Below are positions 58,795 to 64,000 of a DNA stretch of 64,000 nt, one piece after another. The stretch is from Candidatus Omnitrophota bacterium (GTDB lineage: Bacteria > Omnitrophota > Gorgyraeia > VGKH01), in the NCBI GenBank assembly GCA_016867135.1, contig VGKH01000002.1, positions 6,312 to 70,311 on the forward strand. Direction: 5' to 3'. A program made the position numbers and the translations under genes. Positions within the stretch are counted from its first letter, which is position 1. Each line of letters opens with the position of its first letter. The notes below the pieces were generated by a model that was given only the letters and a program-made list of their open reading frames with translations, made no database searches and was not told the DNA's origin.

Positions 58795-59384
58795 TGCTTT
58801 ATACCGTATCGCGTTTTTTTATTATTTTGTTTGGTAAGATATTCTTCCGTTTAGCAGCAAGGGGAAAAGCGAATATTCCTAAAGATGGCGCTTTTATTTT
58901 AGCCAGTAACCATGTGAGTAATCTTGACCCTCTTATGCTGGGCGCAGCCTGCTCTAGAAAACTAGGCTACATGTCGAAGGAAGAATTATTCAAGAATCCG
59001 CTTTTAGCTTTTTGGTTGCGTAATGTAAACGCCTTTCCTGTAAAAAGGCAAGTTCACGACGTGGGAGCTATAAGAGAGGCATTGAAGAAGTTAAAAGGCG
59101 GAGAGCCGCTTTTGATGTTTCCCGAAGGCGGGCGTAGCTTGGACGGCGAATTTTCAGATGCACAGCCCGGTGTCGGCATGTTAGCCATGCATACATCGGT
59201 ACCGATTTTGCCAGCTTTTATTAAAGGTTCGAAAAAAGCAATGGCAAAAGGTGAGCATAAAATCCGTTTTAATAAGATAGTTGTGATTTTCGGCAAAAAG
59301 TTTTATTTAGATAAGAATCAAACATACGAAGAGGCAGCAAATTACATAAAAAACGAAATAATCGCGTTGGGCGAGAGCGCGTAA
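58794..59384 (+). CDS. plsC: 1-acyl-sn-glycerol-3-phosphate acyltransferase (PlsC family)
   Basis: NHVSNLD (HX4D) and FPEGGRS motifs. Confidence 0.75.
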   Translation: MLYTVSRFFIILFGKIFFRLAARGKANIPKDGAFILASNHVSNLDPLMLGAACSRKLGYMSKEELFKNPLLAFWLRNVNAFPVKRQVHDVGAIREALKKLKGGEPLLMFPEGGRSLDGEFSDAQPGVGMLAMHTSVPILPAFIKGSKKAMAKGEHKIRFNKIVVIFGKKFYLDKNQTYEEAANYIKNEIIALGESA

Positions 59385-59449
59385 AATATATCTTGCCAAT
59401 TAATTTATTTTTTAGTACAATACACATTCTAAAAAATAAATAAAGAAAG

Positions 59450-61015
59450 GTGGAATTGTTAATGGTAGAAGAGAAAAAAGATACATCACTAGAAGAACTT
59501 TACAATCAATCCTTAAAGAATATTAAGGAAGGACAGATTGTAAAGGGGAAAATCGTTAGTATTACAGGAGGTGATGTATTAGTTGATATCGGTTACAAAT
59601 CAGAAGGTGTAATTCCTTTAAGAGAATTTCCCGGTTCCGATAAGATAGCTGTCGGTCAGGAAACCGATGTTTTGGTCGAGATGAAGGAAGACGACGACGG
59701 CAGAATAGTGCTTTCCAAGGAAAAAGCTGACAAAATAAGAGGCTGGAGAAAACTGGTTGATGATTTTAATGAAAATACCCTAGTAGAAGGGAAAATCAGA
59801 AAGAAAGTTAAAGGCGGTTTTATCGTCGATGTTTTTGGTGCCGATGGTTTTCTTCCCATGTCACTTTCATCATTCAAGAATATGACCGATGATGAGATTA
59901 TCAATAAGAATTTTAAGTTTCATGTGACTAAGCTTAATAAGATTCGTCACTCTTTGATACTTTCTCGTCGGGATGCTTTGCAGAAAGAGAAGGAATTAAC
60001 CAAGGGAAAACTTTGGGATAGTTTAGAAGTTGGAAAGGTTCGTAGTGGTACTGTTAAAGGTATTACCGATTTTGGAGCCTTTATTGACCTTGGCGGGATA
60101 GACGGATTGTTGCACATCACAGATATGAGCTGGTCAAGAATATCTCATCCTTCCGAACTTGTAGCTATTGGCGATAAGATAGATGTTGTTATCTTAGGTT
60201 TCGATAAAGATGCATCAAAGATATCTTTGGGATTAAAGCAAAGGACGCCAGATCCTTGGCAGGAAGTCGAAAATAAATTCCCCATGGGCTCAAGAGTAAA
60301 AGGAAAAGTTGTAAACATTATGCCTTACGGAGTTTTTATCGAACTTGAAAAAGGCATTGAGGGCCTGGTCCATTATACTGAGATGTCTTGGCAAAAAAGA
60401 ACGGTTAACCCGCAAGAGATGTTTGCGATAGGCGATATCGTTGAAGTCCAAGTTTTGAACATTGATAGAGAAGCAAAAAGGATTTCTTTAAGCGTAAAGC
60501 AACTCGAGTCTAATCCGTGGTTAGAGGCAGAGAAGAAATTCCCCGTCGGAAGTTTAGTTACTGGCAAGGTAAGAGGTTTTACGGATTACGGGGCCTTTGT
60601 CGAACTAGATGAAAACCTGGAAGGGATGATCCATATTTCCGATATGTCTTGGACCAAGAAAATTAATCACCCGCAGGATATTTTCAGGAAGGGCCAAAAG
60701 ATTGAGCTAAAGATTTTGTCTGTCGATGTAGAAAACAGAAAGATTTCTTTAGGTCTAAAGCAGCTTACCGATAGCCCCTGGCCGGAGATAGCCAAGAAAT
60801 ATCCGATCGGGATGGCCTTGGATTCGGAAGTAGTTCAAATTACTAGCTTCGGAGTATTTGTTAAAATAGAGGAAGATCTTGAAGGATTGGTTTATTCCTC
60901 CGAGATAGATAAAGAAGCTATGGCAGCGCTAAAGCCTCAAGATAAACTAAAGGTAAAAGTTATAAAAGTAGACGTCGAGCAGATGAAGATCGGCTTAAGC
61001 TCAAAAAATGAGTAA
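59450..61015 (+). CDS. rpsA: 30S ribosomal protein S1 (multiple S1 domains)
   Basis: Repeated S1 domain pattern (G.V.G.V..I..FGAF..L..G.EGL.H.S). Confidence 0.9.
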   Translation: MELLMVEEKKDTSLEELYNQSLKNIKEGQIVKGKIVSITGGDVLVDIGYKSEGVIPLREFPGSDKIAVGQETDVLVEMKEDDDGRIVLSKEKADKIRGWRKLVDDFNENTLVEGKIRKKVKGGFIVDVFGADGFLPMSLSSFKNMTDDEIINKNFKFHVTKLNKIRHSLILSRRDALQKEKELTKGKLWDSLEVGKVRSGTVKGITDFGAFIDLGGIDGLLHITDMSWSRISHPSELVAIGDKIDVVILGFDKDASKISLGLKQRTPDPWQEVENKFPMGSRVKGKVVNIMPYGVFIELEKGIEGLVHYTEMSWQKRTVNPQEMFAIGDIVEVQVLNIDREAKRISLSVKQLESNPWLEAEKKFPVGSLVTGKVRGFTDYGAFVELDENLEGMIHISDMSWTKKINHPQDIFRKGQKIELKILSVDVENRKISLGLKQLTDSPWPEIAKKYPIGMALDSEVVQITSFGVFVKIEEDLEGLVYSSEIDKEAMAALKPQDKLKVKVIKVDVEQMKIGLSSKNE

Positions 61016-61020
61016 TCTTT

Positions 61021-62199
61021 ATGCACAAGATGTCTGTAGAAGAGCAATTAAGAATTATTAAACGCGGCAGCGTTGAGATTATTTCCGAAGAAGACCTCAG
61101 ATCCCGCCTAGAAGATAGCCAAAGAAAAAGAATGCCTTTAAATATAAAGGCTGGTTTTGATCCTACCGCTCCAGATATTCATCTTGGCCACACAGTGTTA
61201 CTAAAAAAACTTCGGACTTTCCAGGACCTTGGTCATACAGTATTCTTCCTTATAGGAGACTTTACGGCCCAGATAGGTGATCCTTCTGGCAGGGATCAGG
61301 CCCGCATCAAGATGAATAAGGAAGAAATCAAGAAAAACGCCGCTACTTACAAGAAACAGGTATTTAAAATATTAGAAGAAAGAAAGACCAAGGTTGTATT
61401 TAACAGTTCCTGGCTATCTAAGATTGATTTACAGAAGATATTAGAGCTTTCTTCATTTGTTACCGTAGCCCAGATGTTGGCCAGGGCAGATTTTAAACAG
61501 CGCTTCGAAGAACAAAAAGAGATAAGCATCTTAGAATTTCTCTACCCATTGTTACAGGCCTACGATTCGGTTTATTTAAAAGCAGATGTTGAGCTAGGTG
61601 GAACAGACCAGAAATTTAATCTTCTTATGGGAAGGCAGCTTCAGATTGCCTGCGGTCAGAAGCCGCAGACCATAATCATGACGCCGCTTTTAGAAGGAAC
61701 AGATGGCGTAAATAAGATGAGTAAGTCTTTAGGTAATTATATCGGGATAAATGAACAGCCTAGCCAGATTTTTGGTAAGACTATGTCTATTCCCGATGCG
61801 CTTATGTATAGATATTTCGAGGTACTTACCGATGTGGACTTGGAACAGACAAAGAAGCTTCCTCCTATGCAGGCAAAGAAAAATCTAGCCAAAATTTTTA
61901 TCGAGAGATTTCATGATAGGGGCCAGGCTCTTAAGGCAGAAGAGGAATTCAATAACATTTTCAGCAAGCGCAAAACTCCTTCAGATTTAGAGAGTTACCA
62001 GATTGACAAAGAGATTAGTTTGTGTGAAGTTCTCGTAAAAAGCTCCCTTGCTACCTCAGGTAATGAGGCCAGAAGGCTTATAAAACAGGGAGCGGTTACT
62101 ATAGATGAAAAGAAAATATTAGATGTGAACTATATAATAAAAGAGGGTGGGATTTTAAAAGCAGGAAAACGGCGTTTTTTAAAGATTGTCAGAACGTAA
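61021..62199 (+). CDS. tyrS: tyrosine--tRNA ligase
   Basis: DIHLGH (HIGH) and KMSKS motifs; C-terminal S4 domain. Confidence 0.9.
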   Translation: MHKMSVEEQLRIIKRGSVEIISEEDLRSRLEDSQRKRMPLNIKAGFDPTAPDIHLGHTVLLKKLRTFQDLGHTVFFLIGDFTAQIGDPSGRDQARIKMNKEEIKKNAATYKKQVFKILEERKTKVVFNSSWLSKIDLQKILELSSFVTVAQMLARADFKQRFEEQKEISILEFLYPLLQAYDSVYLKADVELGGTDQKFNLLMGRQLQIACGQKPQTIIMTPLLEGTDGVNKMSKSLGNYIGINEQPSQIFGKTMSIPDALMYRYFEVLTDVDLEQTKKLPPMQAKKNLAKIFIERFHDRGQALKAEEEFNNIFSKRKTPSDLESYQIDKEISLCEVLVKSSLATSGNEARRLIKQGAVTIDEKKILDVNYIIKEGGILKAGKRRFLKIVRT

Positions 62200-62300
62200 T
62201 TAAATTTTTCAACATTTCTCCTAAAAAAATCTTTCCAAATTCCTTCATTTTTCCGTTTTTTATATAACTGAAGCGTTTTCATAAAATTATGAATTTTTTC

Positions 62301-62329
62301 TTGACAAAAATGGGGTAATCGAATATACT
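62301..62329 (+). promoter_or_regulatory. sigma70-like promoter TTGACA-N17-TATACT upstream of tRNA-Thr
   Basis: TTGACA 62301-06, TATACT 62324-29. Confidence 0.4.
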
Positions 62330-62346
62330 TAAACATTTACATAGCC

Positions 62347-62422
62347 TGCCCCTGTAGCTCAGTCGGCAGAGCACGTCCTTGGTAAGGACGGGGTCATCGG
62401 TTCAATTCCGATCGGGGGCTCC
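62347..62422 (+). tRNA. tRNA-Thr (anticodon GGT)
   Basis: 76-nt cloverleaf, 7-bp acceptor stem, anticodon loop TTGGTAA, TPsiC arm GGTTCAATTCC, encoded CCA. Confidence 0.9.
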
Positions 62423-62465
62423 AGAGGAAAATTTTTGTCGTTTTTATAAGCCAAAGTAGTTTATA

Positions 62466-62615
62466 ATGAGAGAATTAATAACTTTAGAATGCACGGTTTG
62501 TCGACGGAGAAATTACAATTCGACAAAAGATAAAAAGAAAAAACCGGCGAAATTGGAGATTAAAAAATTTTGCCGATTCTGCAGAAAGCATACTCTGCAC
62601 AAAGAATTAAAATAA
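62466..62615 (+). CDS. rpmG: 50S ribosomal protein L33 (49 aa; below ORF-track size cutoff)
   Basis: MRELITLECTVCRRRNYNSTKDKKKKPAKLEIKKFCRFCRKHTLHKELK: two CxxC pairs, classic L33; position between tRNA-Thr and tRNA-Trp. Confidence 0.85.
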   Translation: MRELITLECTVCRRRNYNSTKDKKKKPAKLEIKKFCRFCRKHTLHKELK

Positions 62616-62648
62616 AATTTTTGCATCGTTGGTTTTTCTCTATTTTTT

Positions 62649-62721
62649 AGGAGCGTCGGTTAACGGTAAACCACCGGTCTCCAAAACCGGGACTGCGGGT
62701 TCAATTCCTGCCGCTCCTGCC
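62649..62721 (+). tRNA. tRNA-Trp (anticodon CCA)
   Basis: 73-nt cloverleaf, anticodon loop CTCCAAA, conserved position upstream of secE. Confidence 0.9.
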
Positions 62722-62743
62722 AATTGATCAAAACAATAAAATT

Positions 62744-62929
62744 ATGTTTGATAAGGTCGGGAAATTCTTTTTGGAGGTTAAGGTTGAGTTAAGCAAAGTT
62801 TCTTGGCCAACGCGTCAGGAGCTTATCGCTTCAACTTGGTTAATTATAATCATGACGGTTTTACTTGCCGCCTATATAGGTTTGGTTGATTTGGTTCTTT
62901 CTAAGCTATTAGGAATATTGGTAAAATGA
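62744..62929 (+). CDS. secE: preprotein translocase subunit SecE
   Basis: 61 aa, single C-terminal TM; position tRNA-Trp-secE-nusG. Confidence 0.8.
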   Translation: MFDKVGKFFLEVKVELSKVSWPTRQELIASTWLIIIMTVLLAAYIGLVDLVLSKLLGILVK

Positions 62930-63453
62930 AGAAATGGTATGTTCTACATACTCAGACAGGTTCTGAGGAAAAGGTTAAATCTGGTATCGAAAACAAGATT
63001 AGCTCTAGCGGTTTGAATGATTTGGTTGGCGAAGTAGTAATTCCTACCGAACAGGTTTCAGAGATACGCGGCGGTAAGAAAAATATTTCCCGCAGAAAAT
63101 TCTTCCCTGGATATATTTTGATCAATATGGATTTGACGGAAAAGAGCTGGTATCTGATCAAGACTACTCCGGGAATAACAGGTTTTATCGGAGCTGGACG
63201 AAAGCCGACTGCTCTTACAGAGGCAGAAGTAGACAATATATTAAAAAGGACTCGCGAGACCGAATCAAAACCGAGCCCGAAAGTCATATTTGAAGCTGGC
63301 GAGGCTGTAAGAATAACAGAAGGTCCTTTTACTAATTTTAACGGTACTATCGAAGAAATCACTCCTACAAGAGGAAAACTTAAAGTCGGAGTTTCGATAT
63401 TTGGCAGAGTGACTCCCGTGGAATTAGAGTATTGGCAAGTGGAGAAAATATAA
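62926..63453 (+). CDS. nusG: transcription termination/antitermination factor NusG
   Basis: WYVLHTQTGSEEKV NGN domain; C-terminal KOW. Confidence 0.9.
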   Translation: MKKWYVLHTQTGSEEKVKSGIENKISSSGLNDLVGEVVIPTEQVSEIRGGKKNISRRKFFPGYILINMDLTEKSWYLIKTTPGITGFIGAGRKPTALTEAEVDNILKRTRETESKPSPKVIFEAGEAVRITEGPFTNFNGTIEEITPTRGKLKVGVSIFGRVTPVELEYWQVEKI

Positions 63454-63918
63454 ATGGCAAAAAAGATAACTGCTCAAATTAAACTATACGTCCCGGCTGG
63501 ACAGGCCAATCCGGCGCCACCGGTCGGCCCTGCCCTAGGTCAACACGGAGTCAACATCATGATGTTTTGCAAGCAGTTTAACGAGAAAACTAAGGGCAAA
63601 GAGGGTTTAATTTTACCTGCGGTGATCAATGTTTATGAGGATAAGACTTTTGATTTTATAATCAAAACTCCCCCTTCGTCTGTTTTGATAAAAAGGGCTG
63701 CGAATTTGGCAAAGGCTTCGGGTAAAACTGGAAAAGAAAAGATTGGTTCCATTACAAAAGAACAGGTAGAAAGTATCGCCAAGCAAAAATTGCAGGATTT
63801 GAATACTAATGATTTGAAATCCGCAATAAAAATTGTTGAAGGCACTGCCCGCAGCATGGGAATAGAAGTAGTTTTAGAGGCTAAAAAAGTAGAAAATACC
63901 CCAAAAGAAAATGAATAG
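63454..63918 (+). CDS. rplK: 50S ribosomal protein L11
   Basis: [34 protein letters not shown]. Confidence 0.95.
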   Translation: MAKKITAQIKLYVPAGQANPAPPVGPALGQHGVNIMMFCKQFNEKTKGKEGLILPAVINVYEDKTFDFIIKTPPSSVLIKRAANLAKASGKTGKEKIGSITKEQVESIAKQKLQDLNTNDLKSAIKIVEGTARSMGIEVVLEAKKVENTPKENE

Positions 63919-64000
63919 CCATAGTAAACGTTATAGAGAATCAGAAAAAAACTTAGATAGAAATAAAAGTTATAATTTCGCAGAGGCGATTTCTATTCTA
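63911..64000 (+). CDS. rplA: 50S ribosomal protein L1, N-terminal 30 aa (3' end outside window)
   Basis: [30 protein letters not shown] matches L1 N-terminus; overlaps rplK stop. Confidence 0.7.
   Translation, partial: MNSHSKRYRESEKNLDRNKSYNFAEAISIL

Noticed and set aside
62340-62725. Possibility that the tRNA-Thr/tRNA-Trp pair marks an integration site for a mobile element or that upstream blocks are genomic islands
   Set aside because: tRNA-Thr-rpmG-tRNA-Trp-secE-nusG-rplK-rplA is the conserved ancestral arrangement. No integrase, direct repeats of tRNA 3' ends, or transposase genes were seen anywhere in the window.
1-64000. CRISPR arrays, transposases, phage genes, toxin-antitoxin pairs
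   Set aside because: No regularly spaced direct repeats and no recognisable IS/phage/TA protein motifs were found in any ORF.

Overview
AT-rich bacterial chromosomal window, apparently non-mobile and almost entirely + strand, with four blocks. (1) 1-9.5 kb: a compact operon that looks like a previously undescribed RiPP-type peptide-modification system. It comprises a cytoplasmic S26-like peptidase, a radical-SAM/SPASM enzyme fused to a methyltransferase, a 112-aa precursor with a Cys/Gly/Ser/Thr/Ala-rich low-complexity core and a double-glycine-like leader, a second radical-SAM/SPASM enzyme, two tandem PqqD-like (RRE) proteins, an HPr-kinase-related P-loop protein, an ABC exporter and a PF14907-like nucleotidyltransferase. 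A truncated HD-GYP gene lies just upstream. (2) 9.6-37.7 kb: a large Wza/Wzc-type exopolysaccharide locus with PEP-CTERM-locus flavour. It carries a deacetylase, an ExeA-like ATPase, an AsnB-type amidotransferase, a WecA-like priming transferase, many GT4/GT9/GT2 glycosyltransferases, two flippases, an O-antigen-ligase-like protein and four separate class-I methyltransferases. No exosortase gene is in the window. (3) 38-51 kb: a type IV pilus locus with three pilin genes, a sulfatase-family membrane protein and a TMTC-like TPR membrane protein intercalated between them, minor pilins, a PilX-like large protein and pilMNOPQ. (4) 51-64 kb: housekeeping genes (rng, rplU, obg, proBA, nadD, rpe, a PGM/PMM-family mutase, plsC, rpsA, tyrS, tRNA-Thr, rpmG, tRNA-Trp, secE, nusG, rplK, start of rplA). 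Other notable items are a GC-rich multi-hairpin element at 33.83-33.96 kb, consensus sigma70-like promoters, and intrinsic terminators flanking the first pilin gene. No CRISPR array, transposase or integrase was seen.
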